Assembly: GCA_002104905.1 (NCBI GenBank)
Contig: MCFE01000075.1
Span: 62,001-126,000 of the forward strand
DNA length: 64,000 nt
Source: Basidiobolus meristosporus CBS 931.73
Taxonomy: Eukaryota; Fungi; Basidiobolomycota
Direction: 5' to 3'
Shown here: positions 38,885-51,810 of the stretch, piece after piece
How positions within the stretch are numbered: position 1 is the stretch's first letter
Layout of the letters: every line of letters starts with the position of its first letter
Notes under the pieces: model-generated
Told to the model about the DNA's origin: nothing
Databases searched by the model: none
The model's input: the letters and a program-made list of their open reading frames with translations, nothing else
Translations under genes and position numbers: made by a program

Positions 38885-41800
38885 TGCTGTAGAAACTTGT
38901 AATTTCACTTAGATATTTACCTAACTTTGTCACTTAGATCATTACCTCTAAACTCTAGAGAATACCAAACATTATCCTTATTGGGATTTACTTAAAATAT
39001 TTTCACCAAAATATCAGGTCCCAGATCATGAAAGTTCTCAAAGTTGTTCTAACAGCCCCAAACTTTGGCACATGTGCTTGGGACCTTCCTAAACATATTC
39101 TTTGTTCTTGTTAAACCAAAACCATGTAAAAGTATAATTATCACTATTGCATTCAATAAATCAATAAGCAAAAACCACATAATCTACTTGTTCTCTCAAT
39201 CACTTTCAATATCTCTGACACGCTTACACAGGTTATGAGCCTCAAGCTGTTACTCTCTGCATTGTTGACTCCTGCCATTACTTGAATTTCTCCCTCTGCT
39301 GAAAAGTTGGATGGATAACTGCCAAGTGTGGAAGGTGAAGATGAAGATGCTGCTACAAGAAAGAGGTAATGGGGATACTGTCATGGGAGAAGAATGCCCT
39401 TCTAGACATGTAGGAAAGGAATCCATAAAGTTCCACAAGAAAGAACAAAGTGTCTTTAGCTATATTTGCCACAATGTTCAAGACAAATTGCTTACTCAAT
39501 ACTCAAGTGCAAAAACAGCAACAAATACCTGAAAGGCATTAGAGGATACCTACTTGTCATGTTCAGCTGCCAAGAGAATTTACTTTAAATGAAGATTTTT
39601 TACTACAAAAATGTTTTTGGGAGAAGAAATTGGAAATCTAATTAACAGAATTACCCTGCTGGTAGGTGAGCTGAAATCTGTTGGCATACCAACTACTGAT
39701 GAGAATGTGACAATAGCCATCCTGAATAGTCTGACAGAAAAGTCTCAGGCCCTTTTAGCAGCCCTACAGTCAAGAACTGAAGATTTAACCTTATATTTTT
39801 ATATGGAGGTCTCCTGGATAAGGAATTAAGAAAATCAAATGCTAATAAGCACAAAGAAGAAAGTGCTTCAAAAGTCAATGATAACAAGCAATGAAGATAC
39901 CCCAGACCATTTGAAGGCAATAGCAGCCTGTTTTGCAACTACTGCAAAAAAAAGGGACACACATCAGACCAGTGCTTCAAAAAGAAAGATGCTCAGCAGA
40001 AAAAGCCTGAATATGGGAAAGCAGCACCAGTTGAATAGACTACTCATATCTGCACTAAGTATGACCATGAACAAGGATTCTCAGATGAGTTATATTGACT
40101 CTGGAGCATCTCAATACTTTACACACTAAAAAGAACTTTTTACCCAATATCAGGAAGTTCCTATAAAGAAGGTTTTCATTGGTGACAATATTGCACATGA
40201 TGCAGTGGGAGAAGGAACTATCCAACTGAGCATTGGAAGCAGGGAAGGATACCATACACTGACCTTTTATGAAGAACTATAGGTGTCAGAAATATCCAAG
40301 AACCTACTATTTGTAAGCAAGGCCACAGTGGAACAACTTGGTGTCTGCTTAGACAGTTCAGGATGCAGGATCACTGATCAAAATGGTGTTTATATTGCTT
40401 TGGGTATCAAAGGTCAGTATCTGTATAAGTTGACTTATATTCCATCATATCTGAAACCCAATATCAGTAAATTAAAGCAAGAAATACCAATACTTTGGCA
40501 CAGGAGATTTGGACACATCTATTTTGATTATTTACACAAAATGTTCAAAGATTAGCTAATTTCTGGAGTAAAGGTTGATCCCCCAGCTGATTTAAAGCAC
40601 TGTAAAGACTGCATTTATGGAAAGCAAGCCTGACAATCACTCAAGAGCTCTGGGCTAATCCACACTAAAAAAACTAGTTCTATTTCACTAATATCAGTGT
40701 GAACCTATACAAAAATTATCCTTAGGTAGGATGCACTATTTAGTCACTATCATTGATGAATGTACAAAATACAGGTGGGCCTACTGCATGGAGAGAAAGG
40801 AAGTAGCACTGTCTAAGCTCAGGGAGCTTAAAGCCATGGTGCATAGTGAAGCTGGTGAAAAAATCAATAAAATACCCTCTGACCATGGTGGTGAATACTC
40901 CTCAAAACTCTTTGTCCACACCTGCAAAATTGATGGGATCAAGCAAGAGACTTCTGTACCATACCCCTCACAGCAAAATGGAGTAGCAGAGCCTGCACTC
41001 TAGTAGCAAATGTCTGGAGATTGAAATAGGCACAAGGTAGCCCATATTACTATATCAATGAGGGTACAAACTTAGCCTATGCCTATTCAGTCCATATTGA
41101 TGAACCCCAGACTGTAAAAGAGGCCCTAAATAGCTGTCAGACAGAGTTTGGGAGACTTGCAGTGACTGAGGAATATTAGGCTTTGAGGGAAAATCAAACT
41201 GGGGACTGAGTCAAATTACCAATCAACCAAAAATCAATTGGATGCATTTGGGTATTTAAGACAAAATACAAAGCTAATGGTACAATTGAAAGATGCAAAG
41301 CACAACTAGTTGGCAAAGGATACTCTCAAACAAAAGGACTTGACTATACTGAGACCTTTGCACCAGTAGCCAAGTTTAATTCCATCAGATTAATATTGGC
41401 AATTGCAGCCAAATATAAGTTTTTTATACATTAAATGGATGTAAAAGCTGCATTTCTGTATGTAGAACTGAATGAGTACATGTATATGAATCAGTATGAT
41501 AGGTTTGTTGACCAAGATAATCCCCATTTGCTCTGCAAGATTTAAAAATCTCTATATTGACTCAAACAATGACCAAGAGCCTGGAATTGCAAAATAGATT
41601 CTTATTTGGAATCTGTGAGTTTCAAATGTAGTGATGCTGACTATGGTTTATACTATAACCCAGATAGAGGAAATCCTGTGCTATTAGCTTTGTATATGTA
41701 TGAGTCTATTATAGCCGCCAATAACCACTAACATTGGAAGACACTAAGTCCAGCCTATCTAAAGAGCACAAGACGTCCAATCCAGCAGAGCTCAGTTACT

Positions 41801-42985
41801 ACTTATGGATAAAGTTCTCCATAGACAAAGTACCCAGACCATCACCCTAAGCCAGTCCAAGTCTATTCAAGATATATTAAAGAAGTACTAACCAGAAGAC
41901 TCTTAACCAGCAGCTACCCCAATTGAGGCAAACTTTGACTTGGTCAAGATTCAACCAAATCAAGAGAGCTTGGTGCCATCTGAAAGCCCTGACTTTTCTT
42001 ATCAGTTTATATTGGCATTCTGATGTATGTTATGTTTGGGAAATGTCCAGATATTTCATATTTGGTGGGAGTTGTCAGCCAATATGACCTGAACTATAAA
42101 TCTAATCATATTGCATCAGTTGAGCAGATTTCAGATGCCTAAAAGAAACTGCTGATATCTGCTTACAATACACTGATAAAGATTCAGAACAGGATCTTGT
42201 GGAATACTCTGATGCTGATTGGGGTCAATATTTTTAGGACCAAAGATCCACCACAGGATACACCATTCTTAACTGTAAAGGAGTAATATCATGGAATTCA
42301 AGAAAGCAACCAACTGTAGCACTTTCCTCCACAGAGGCAGAGTATATGGCAGCCTGTGAAGCTACAAAGGAAGCAATATGATGAAGTAAACTGTTTAAAA
42401 ATTTAGGTTTAAGCCAAAAAATGCCTATTACTTTGTTTCAAGATAATCTGGGATGTATACAATTAGGTAGAAATCCTACTTTTCATGCTAGAACTAAGCA
42501 CTCAGATATTAGACGGCATTTCATACATGAAGCTATAAAGAATAGCTTAGTTAACTAAGCTTACTCTTCTACAGATGAAATGATTGCAGATATACTTACC
42601 AAATCATTAGCTAGAGATAAGTTTGATTATCTAAGTCAAAATTAGGACTAGTCAGTCTGAACATTGATTTGAGTAGGAGTGTAGCAAAAATTTGTAGTTC
42701 CACCTAGTTATTGACCTGACTTAGTCACTTAGATTATTACCTTCAGATATCAGGGAATAATGACCAAAATCCTTGCTGGGATTTACTTCAAATATTTTCA
42801 CCAAAGTATTAGATACTCATAACATGGAAATTCTCAAAGTTGATCAAGCAGCCCCAAACTTTGCACACATGCTCTTGGGACCTTCCTAAACCTATTCTAT
42901 GTGTTTGCTATGCAAGACCATGTAAAAGTATAAATACTACTTTTACGCATAATAAATCATTAAGTGAAGCCCACATGTATGTGGG
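38885..42985 (+). mobile_element. Old, near full-length Ty1/copia element (LTR family 3)
   Basis: 5' LTR 38885-39230, PBS GGTTATGAGCC 39231-39241, gag, YIDSGASQY protease, SDHGGEY integrase, RT, RNase H, PPT GAGTAGGAG 42671-79, and a 3' LTR from 42680 that is truncated. The LTR pair is strongly diverged and there are many stops. Confidence 0.8.
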
Positions 42986-43058
42986 GAACTTCAAGCTAAA
43001 TGATCCTGTTCAGATATTGCCAAAATATGAAAGAATTGGCAAGATACCACCAGATACC

Positions 43059-43407
43059 TGTTGTAAGAGTCTTGGACATATTGAAAGTGGCATGGGAGGA
43101 CAAGTAGATTATGTGGTTTTTACTTGATGATTTATTGAATGTAAAAGTGGTATTTATACTTTTACATGGTCTTACATAGCAAGCACATAGAATAGGTTTA
43201 GGAAGGTCCCAAGAGCATGTGTGCAAAGTTTGGGGCTACTTGAACAACTTTGAGAATTTCCATGTTATGAGTATCTGACACTTTGGTGAAAATTTTCTAA
43301 GTAAATCCCAGCAAGGATTTTGGTCATCATTCCCTGAGATCTGAAGGTAATGATCTTATTGACCAAGCTAGTTGAGTGATAAGGTGGAATTACCAATTGA
43401 TATAACA
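43059..43407 (-). mobile_element. Solo LTR, family 3 (copia)
   Basis: Reverse complement of the 38885-39230-type LTR; degenerate 5-bp flanks ATACC/GTATC; host transposase resumes. Confidence 0.7.
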
Positions 43408-45269
43408 GTATCCACTACCCTAAGTACTACTCAAAGGCTCCAATCAATATTCATATGCATATGCAACAATATAAGTTCAAGGACTGGATGAATTAGATAT
43501 GTATTTGCTCAAGTGGCTATTGAGGCCATTACTACCAAGAGTACATTGGACTCATTGGGAGTCATATGTGGACATTGTAGGAATATTTGTCCACAAGCAG
43601 ATCACCAATGCCAACTTGACGCATCTATAGCTTTTGTGGAACAAGTTTTTGATGGGATTTGAGCAGTTGTACTACAAATATAAAGCTGAATGCTTAGATT
43701 TCTGACACTACTGTATCCATTTCCTACCCTATCTTACTTGGTGTTTTAAGATTACTGGACCATGCTTACCTTTTGGGAGTTTCCTATGGAGTGGATGTGT
43801 GGGGAGATAGGAAGACAAGTCAAGTAACAGATACTACCATATCCCAGTCTCATCAAGAATATTACTTTCAAGTCTGTCATGAATGTACTGAGTTTGCACA
43901 TGGAGGACAGCTAGGAAGAGTTGGAAAATGCTGAGGACAGATGTGCACATGGAGACACCTATGGTTATGGCTTTAAGAAGCTAAGCAGCCCCAATATATG
44001 GGTAATCAGTTAAGTAATGCAATGTTGGGCTTGGTGAAACAAGCAACTAGTTTTTATTAGGATAACTCTACCAAAGTTTGCAAGGTTTCTCTTGGTTACA
44101 AGCTAATTTCCACACCACTCAGTATGAAATTCTTACAAACAAGAGCCAGAGCACACCTATAAGGGGGATTAGACTCCAGCAAGGAGTAGGACTATAATGG
44201 CTAAATACCAAAAAGCTGTTTGCAGATATTCAGGAGATAATCATTGTTGTAAAAATTGTAATCCACCTAATTATTCACTTAACTTTGTCACTTAAATTGT
44301 TACTTTCATATCCTAAGGAATACTGACCAAAATCCTTGTAGGGATTCACTCAGAATATTTTGACCAAAATAGCTGGTACTCAAAACATGAAAATTCTCAA
44401 AGTTGTTCAAGCAACTCCAAACTTTGCGCATGTGCTCTTGAGACCTTCCTAATCCTATTCTATAGACTTGTTCCATTGTACTGTGCCAGGGCGCACAGCG
44501 CAATCCGCGGTTGAAAAGAATGATTTGGCGCAATATTGTAGCTACCAGAAGGCAGGATTGTTCTTGGACAATTCTGCACTATGTGAGACAATCTTGCACA
44601 CTATGGCACAATCTGACACAATGAGGTTGGCACGGATGATTGCGCCAACTTGTAATGTTTGCATCATGTGCGCAATTGGATACCGCTATAATGGCAGGTA
44701 AAATCCGGTATTTGGATATGTTTCTTTAATGTAAAGGGAAATAAATGTGTATCACACTATAAACTACACTGATACTTACCATTTTGGTTACCTTCACTCC
44801 AATTGGACGGTATCTCAGTAGTTAGTTGGTCCAAAAGTATCCTGAAGCAGGCAGCCCCCAATTGGCTCATTGACTACTGAAAAAGCTACCTGATTTGCCA
44901 TCAAATATCCCATTCTGCCCATTGAGCAAGTAAATCCCTGATCCTAGTGATTGGACAAGGTGTCATACCTAGCATGCAAGCAATTGTGTAGGTGCAAAAC
45001 AGATCCAATGGCTGCACTGGTATTACAGATGACGTATATATATGCAGGGTGTTTATTTATAGGGGTTCTGTCTCAAATGTGAGTCAACCTTGATATTACT
45101 TATATCAAAAATTTGATGATCACTGATTTGCAATGGCTTGATTTGGATTGCAAAAAAAAAGGGTTGTCAGGATCATTACAAATGTGAGCAATTCAAAGCA
45201 ATCGCATCATCTTCTCCTGGTTTTTTTTCTCACAGGGATTACTACTGAAGCATTTGGTAGTGACTCACT

Positions 45270-46438
45270 TTACACACCTGTACTACTTCCTGGCTGACTA
45301 TCATCTTGGCTACTTGTGTATTTGTAGTCAGTATTTTGCCTCCTAGTTGATGAGTGCGATGCTGCAGCTTGGCCGTGCTGAATTGCTCCAACTGAACCAA
45401 CTGAACCGGCTTGTAGTGCCATGCGCTGATGCGTTCTTTTACTTGCTAAGGGCTCCAGTGGTTGAGGCACTTCACATTGGTCATCATCAGTCAGTTCACC
45501 AGAAGTAACTCGCTGATGGTCAGGCAAAACGGCACGTGCAGGCGCACCTTGACACGTTGAGATGGCCCTTGGCTGAGTTCAATGTGATGCCGCATGTTGA
45601 CGTGACTCGGTCCACTCCAATGGACTTGTGTCTAAATGAGCAGTTTGGCAAGTTCTTGTAGTTTTGCTCTGAAGCGCGCACGTTGACTCAATGCAGGGCG
45701 TTCTGGTAAAGGGTGTTGGCGTGGTCTGGACTAACGTGCGCCAGCGCACTGTGGTTGCAAGAGATGGTAGGGAATCCAGCAAGGCGTGCTGGCGCAATCT
45801 TGATGATGTTGCTTGCGGTCTGTATTCTTCCTCCTGAAGCTCACCATCTGATTCCTCAAGGTATTCACTTACCCTCTGTCTGATACTTTGGAGCTGTTGC
45901 CTGGATGAGTCCTGTGTATATTGCTCTCAGAAGCCAATTAGCTCTACTAATATATCACGTAGTACATTAGTCATTTGAGGCAAAACTCATTCAAAATCTC
46001 TTTGGTTCCCAAAGTTGAGGCACAAACGGACATGTCCGGCCCGTACTGTGCAAATTGCGCGCAAAATTGTTCCCGTGCAGCTTCTGCTTCAAATCCCCTC
46101 ACTCTCAGCTCATTCTTGATTTCAATACTTGTCTTATTATATGTCTTTTTACATACATTGGCTGGCATCTTGATGTAGAACTCATGCCACAGCTTTCTGC
46201 TCAAATTCTTCCATCTTTGTTGACTCTCTGAGGTATCTAGTTCTGCTAGATTAATCAGTAGTGCCCAAATATCTGTATGAAGGCTCATCATAGACACTTG
46301 GGCCATACTAAAATCATTTGGCAAGAACTTGAACGGATCCAACATTGACTTCTCTGGTCCAGACCATGCTTGTGAGCTGGGGGATGGGTTTTGTCTAGGT
46401 TGTACTAAAGATGAGTTGAGGCTTGGTATGGGGACCAT
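45270..46438 (-). pseudogene. Harbinger partner ORF (~390 aa reconstructed), possible Myb/SANT-like DNA-binding protein
   Basis: ORFs 45971-46438, 45579-45797 and 45270-45527 join with one frameshift and two in-frame TGA stops. DIWALL...SQQRWKNLSRKLW resembles a SANT/trihelix motif (weak). Confidence 0.5.
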
Positions 46439-46797
46439 AGCAACATATTTGGATACTTATACAGCAGTATATTGGCATCAACCTGGTCTTATATGAACCA
46501 TATATCAAAACTAATGTGATTGTTGAGTTTTCCATATATTATGCATGATGCATCTTGGATTGCATTGACACAGATCCAATCACATCAATTGCAGATTTCC
46601 TATTTGATTATAGACCTATGATTAAAGCATCAATAAAAGTACCAAGGCATTGTTTGCTGATGATTTTTGCAACATAATGATGGGATACATGGCAATTGAT
46701 GGAGATTTAACCATAATGTATTAAAAATCAGATAAATAATGCAGATTGCGCCAAATTGATTCAAACCGCCTCCATACAATCATCCATCAATTTTAAT

Positions 46798-47682
46798 ATG
46801 ACTTACTCATCTGGATGGTCTTTTCTCATCAATCCCATCACTACCACTGGATTTCCTTTTGACACACTAGAGGAGATCTATTCCAAGTACTGTGGACCAT
46901 CCACCCCAATCTACTCAAGGAGCTCCCTTGTTAAGCTTCTCTGCTATTACAAGAACTATTGCCCTACAAGGTTTCATCCCACCACCCATGGCAACAAAAG
47001 TCCTAGAAGCTTTCATTCCCAGCTGACAGCAATGGAGAACCACCTTGCAGAGGGTATGAATGACTTAAAGCAAGCTTGGAATACTAGGTTCAGAAGCTCC
47101 AATAGACTTCCATATCCCAGAGTGTTCAGCAACAGGTTCCATATCAGGAGTATTTTGGATACCTTCCCAGTGAGGATTAACAGACCTTCTAGAGGGCAGA
47201 GCCACTTTTATTCTGGCAAGTACAAGGCACACTGTGTGAAGTTTCAAGCACTGTCTGACATTGAGGGTAACATCATCTGGTTTAGTGGGCCATTTGCTGG
47301 AAGTAGGCATGACAAAGCACTCTGGGTAGAGAATCATCCTGAATTCAGTAGTGGGGAGAAATGTATGGCAGACTTAGCCTATATAGGAGAGGATTGTCAG
47401 AGATTAGGATGTATTACAGCTTATAGGAAGCCAAGGAATGGTGTGCTTAGCTGGAAGCAGAAGCTCTACAATGAGATATTTAATCATTTCAGAGTAAGGG
47501 TAGAGCACACATTTGGATATCTGAAGAGATTCAGCATACTGGCAGGTAAATACAGAGGAAAGTCATATATAGGAGAAAACAGCAGAATAGGTAAAATAGT
47601 TAAGATACTTATTAATGCACAGTATGTCCATACAAGAAGGCATCCACTGAGAGAAATGTGTCTGGAGCATTATGAAGAGTAA
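46798..47682 (+). CDS. PIF/Harbinger/ISL2-type DDE transposase (DDE_Tnp_4-like), open 294-aa ORF
   Basis: ILDTFPVRINRP, YSGKYKAHCVKFQ, GSRHD, MADLAYIG, YRKPR and YNEIFNHFRVRVEHTFGYLKRFSIL give the D-D-E pattern. First ATG is at 46798 (the ORF track starts at TTG 46756). Confidence 0.88.
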   Translation: MTYSSGWSFLINPITTTGFPFDTLEEIYSKYCGPSTPIYSRSSLVKLLCYYKNYCPTRFHPTTHGNKSPRSFHSQLTAMENHLAEGMNDLKQAWNTRFRSSNRLPYPRVFSNRFHIRSILDTFPVRINRPSRGQSHFYSGKYKAHCVKFQALSDIEGNIIWFSGPFAGSRHDKALWVENHPEFSSGEKCMADLAYIGEDCQRLGCITAYRKPRNGVLSWKQKLYNEIFNHFRVRVEHTFGYLKRFSILAGKYRGKSYIGENSRIGKIVKILINAQYVHTRRHPLREMCLEHYEE

Positions 47683-49645
47683 ATAAAGCAAGGAAAGCAC
47701 TATTCTGAGCAACATAAGTAAGATTGAGTAAAATTACCAGTAACTGTATCATACCACAGGCATCATGGTAGAAATTATAGTGCCAGATAATGCCGTAGAG
47801 TGCCAGATCAATCCGGCACCATAAACAGGCTGGCACTATGTGGCACTATCCAATGGAGCAAGTCTTATATGTTTTTTATTCCAGACCATGTAAAAGTATA
47901 TATACTACTTTTACATTTAATAAATCATTGAGTGAAACCACATAATCTTCATGTCCTCCCAAATCACTTCCAATATCTCCAAGGCTCTTACAACATTTAT
48001 GTAAGAAGTGGTGGCAACCAAGCATATGCTTGCAAGATGCATATGTTACCATAAATACAAGGTATATGGCAGCTTTGCAAATAGCTCACTAAAAGGCTGT
48101 AGAGTTGAGGTGATAGGAGTATGTCATTTGCTGCAGGTGTGCATCTTGTAGAGGTTAGTAAGCAGGAGGCCATAGTATTTTTAATTCAAGCTATATGTGG
48201 AATACCCACGGTATTGGTGGGTAAGCAAATTAAGTGGGGCAATTCTACAGTGGAATATATGAATTACACTAGTGGAGGTTGAAAAAGGAAATACCATTTG
48301 GTAAACAGGTGTGGTAGTACTATAGAGAACTAGCTGTGTGCTGATATACTACGGTAACAATGGCATGAGAGGCTTGCAACGAGGCTGTCCAAACACTGTC
48401 AAGTAATTTGCCATATAAGGTATTTAGATGTACTGTCCAGTTAAATCTACTCAAATGGTTGTAGAGTGCACTAAGTCCGCAACAATGCCATGCCACCCTT
48501 GGCAAAATACTGCTCAAACACCATTATGCTTTTAATGTTATTTGGCTGTAAAATAGCCAAAGGCAGTTGTAATCCTGTCATATTATCATGTAGATAGTCA
48601 TTAATTCCAAGCTGCTGATATTATTGCAGTCTCCTAATAGGATTTTGATGGCTGAACCAGATTGGATCCATCCATATGACCAAATTATTTTTCATTGTGC
48701 AATATATGTTGCATCCCAGATTGATTTTGTCTTAAAGTAAGAGTGAAACCTCAAAGACCCTGTTACAGATATTAGTGAAATATCACCACTTCTCTAGTAT
48801 CAACATCACATCATTTACCTGTAGATGAGTTACTACGCTCACTTGGCCCCATAAAGTACCCTTGGTATTTCTTTCATTTGTGCTGTGCAATTGCATATTG
48901 GGATTTTGCTGTGCTCATGCAGGGCACTGCTGTTAGGGGAGATAGACTCAAAATCCATCAATGAACCTTCTTCCTTAGAACTCTCACTCTGTGTGCCATA
49001 TTCAGAAGACTGAGGTGAGCCTAAAGGTATTGCAAACTACCTGACTCTGTGTGCACAAGGTGACAAGTGTTGCTATGTGCCTTTATAGAGGCATTGCTAT
49101 GAGTAGATTCAAGGCAGGAGAGGAGAGCTAGGCAAGGCAGGACCAGGAAAGGACTTAGGTGTGGATCAACAAGGCAAGGTGTGTTTCCAAGGCAAGGCTT
49201 TTTATTCAGGACCTGTGTTTATTATACTGAGGAATACATAAGGAGGGATAGGACTATATATACTCTTTGGCAATATGGATGCTGAGAGATACTGGCTAAT
49301 ACTGATGGGGTTCTGGGGCAAGGCACAGTATTGTGCCAAGATAGAATATACTAAAAAACAGACTGGAATATCACATGAGGAGATGTCAGGGTCAGCTGAT
49401 CATGTGACTAGCTCATGTGACATATAGTTACCATATATGGCATGGGACTGCATAAACTCTAATGGGAAGCTGCATAGAATGTTCCATTGTGTAACATTGA
49501 CTTAGAGCATTCAAGAAGTTGCCAGAATGTAGTAGAACTTTAATAAGGAACTGGGATTTCTTCACCAACTTGATTTGGCTAGATAATTGGAGACCAGGGA
49601 TGCCATGTGATCATGACACTATTCTCCTCTTTTGAGGGGCTCTCC

Positions 49646-49830
49646 TCAAGCTTTTGGCTTTGGCTTGTTGGGGTATGTCTGGTGGAATAGAGCAACTAGA
49701 TCTTGGCAGTTTGTTAGGTTTGGTGCTGGTTCCCAAGTTTGATCATTTGGGCCATAACCCACCCAATCTACCAGATAGTGAAGTTGGGATTGCATGTACT
49801 TTGAACCCAACACTTGCTGAACTTCAAACT
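49646..49830 (-). other. Integrase C-terminal chromodomain
   Basis: EFEVQQVLGSKYMQSQLHYLVDWVGYGPNDQTWEPAPNL matches the chromodomain pattern. Confidence 0.85.
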
Positions 49831-51007
49831 CTTGGTGTTTGTCCACTTGAATGGCTGGGGGATTTGCTGGGTGCTGATTGGGTAGAGTTCTTTCATGCAA
49901 TGGTTCAAGGAGGGATACATGGAATGTGTCATGATTTATATACTTGGTGGCAACTGTACTTGGTACACAATTGGACTAAGTTTATTCTTGTCCTTGAATG
50001 GACCTAGTTTCTTGAAGTCTAATTTGTCACAAGGGTGGCTGGTAGCAATGTTTCTTCTCAAGAGCCATACTGAATCTCCTTCATTATGCTTGGGGCTAGG
50101 CTGCTGTTTGTTGTCTGCAAACTTCTTGTACCCCTCATGAGCTAACAATAGTTCTTTTTTGAGTGTTTCTTGGATTTCTACAATTGTTGATGCATGTTAA
50201 GCAGCTGGGGGGCTCATAGGGTTGGTTGGGAACTGAATATCAAATTGCGGATGAAAACCATAATTTGCATAGAATGGAGTGAGACCTGTTTCACTATGAG
50301 ATGCATTGTTGTAGGCAAATTATGCAAGTGGTAGCAGTTGGGTCCAGTTGTCTTGCTGATAGTTAATATAGCACTGGAGGTATTGTTCAAGGATCTGGTT
50401 AATTCTCTCTGTCTGGCCATCTGACTATGGATGAAAAGTGATTGAGAGCTTGACTTGCACACCAAGATATTGCATGAAGTGTTTCCAGAATTTTGATATG
50501 AACCGGGGTCCTCTATCTGACACATTGTCACTGGGGATACCATGGAGCCAGAAAATTTTCTTGATTACTAAGTGGGCAGTCTCCTTAGCATCTATGTTCT
50601 TTGAGCAGGGAATGAAGTGAGCCATCTTGGTGAGTCAATCTGCCAGTACTAGGATTGAATTGAATTGGTTGGATTCTAGCAGATTTTGCACAGTTACATG
50701 TATCACGGGATTGGAGGTACTCCTTGACAAGAGATATCATCTTGGGCCACCAGAAGTCTCTCCTGATTGCATTCATGGTTTTGTCAGTACAAAAATGTCC
50801 TGCAGCCATTGAATCATGTCAAGAATGGATGATACCTAACTGGGTATCAAGGTCTGGAACTCAAAGTGTCTTTTGCTGAGTACCAGATTTTTTATACACT
50901 GACAGGCATCATTCCCTTCTTCAAGGGAATACCCCACCTTTCTGGACAGGGCATCAGGTTTTCCATGTTTTATACCTGGCCTATAGGTGATGACAAAGTC
51001 AAAGCGG

Positions 51008-51810
51008 TGTGGTAGGGTAAACATACCTCCCACAGACAAGTTTATTCATATTGTCATTATGATATACTTATCCATATTTTATCTTATCAGTATTATCCCA
51101 TTCTTCTTTTGCCCATATTAACAGTATTATCCCCATGTGATGTTTACCCTGATTAGTTATTAGCATTAGTTATCCCAGATGTTATTCAGCTTTGTGATCA
51201 TTATATATATCTACATAAGACAAGTACCCGCGTCAGTACCCATGACACATGACCTAGGTCTGTGTTACCATCCCTACCATTTCAATACCATATATGGTAT
51301 TTCTATGTTGCACAGGTTTTGACTGCTGATTCCTGATTGGTTGGATGTGCTGTGCCCTTTAGAACCTTCCAGGACATTCTTGGCATATTTTTAGCTCATA
51401 GTGATGTCATCAAGAATTCCACTGATGCCTAGAATCTTCTGGAACCTTGTCATTAGTAATCACTTGGCAATCAGGAAAAGTATTTGAGGGAAAGCAATCC
51501 CTCATCAATAAATCATCCCTTCTATCAGTAACAATTCTACCTTATTGATTGGCAGTTGATCACTGCACCTGCCTTCAACAGTACATCTCAGACCTGCCAT
51601 CAAGGAGCTTTTTGGGGTAGTGCACAAGACACACAGAGGCCTTTGGAGACACTTGGAGCATCTAGGAAGCTAGAGAAGCAGGAGCTTTTACCATAGTGAC
51701 ATATTGACAGAGACACCAGCAGTTTAGACACAGAAGTTATTGCACCCATCAGACACCTCACACACCTTGAGTTGTGTAGCTTCTCCCAGGAGTACCTCTA
51801 CACCACCACA
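51008..51810 (+). mobile_element. Solo LTR, diverged family-1 relative (803 bp), inserted in chromovirus pol
   Basis: TGTGGTAGG...CACCACCACA ends with a perfect 4-bp TSD GCGG (51004-07, 51811-14). The host peptide WSLFLSR-FDFVITYRPG is split at this point. Confidence 0.8.

Larger units (their letters stand above)
44464..47865 (+). mobile_element. PIF/Harbinger-like (IS5-related) DNA transposon, 3402 bp
   Basis: Imperfect ~25-bp TIR: AGACTTGTTCCATTGTACTGTGCCA versus reverse complement AGACTTGCTCCATTGGATAGTGCCA. 3-bp TSD TAT (44461-63, 47866-68), subterminal AGTGCCA/TGGCACT repeats, and two divergent ORFs. Confidence 0.85.
44245..47995 (+). mobile_element. Solo LTR, family 3, split by the Harbinger-like element
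   Basis: TGTTGTAAAA at 44245, ...CTCTTACAACA at 47995. The LTR sequence resumes at 47866; degenerate flanks ATCAT/TTTAT. Confidence 0.75.
42990..48699 (+). mobile_element. CMC right part with decayed transposase, hosting two solo LTRs and the Harbinger-like element
   Basis: DUF4218-like region 43410-44240 and C-terminus 47996-48450; degenerate TIR ATTATTTTTCATTGTG ends at 48699. Confidence 0.7.

Noticed and set aside
46756-47682. Domesticated host HARBI1-like gene or bacterial IS5 contamination
   Set aside because: The ORF lies between TIRs with a TSD inside a eukaryotic LTR, and its CpG-free composition matches the surrounding genome.
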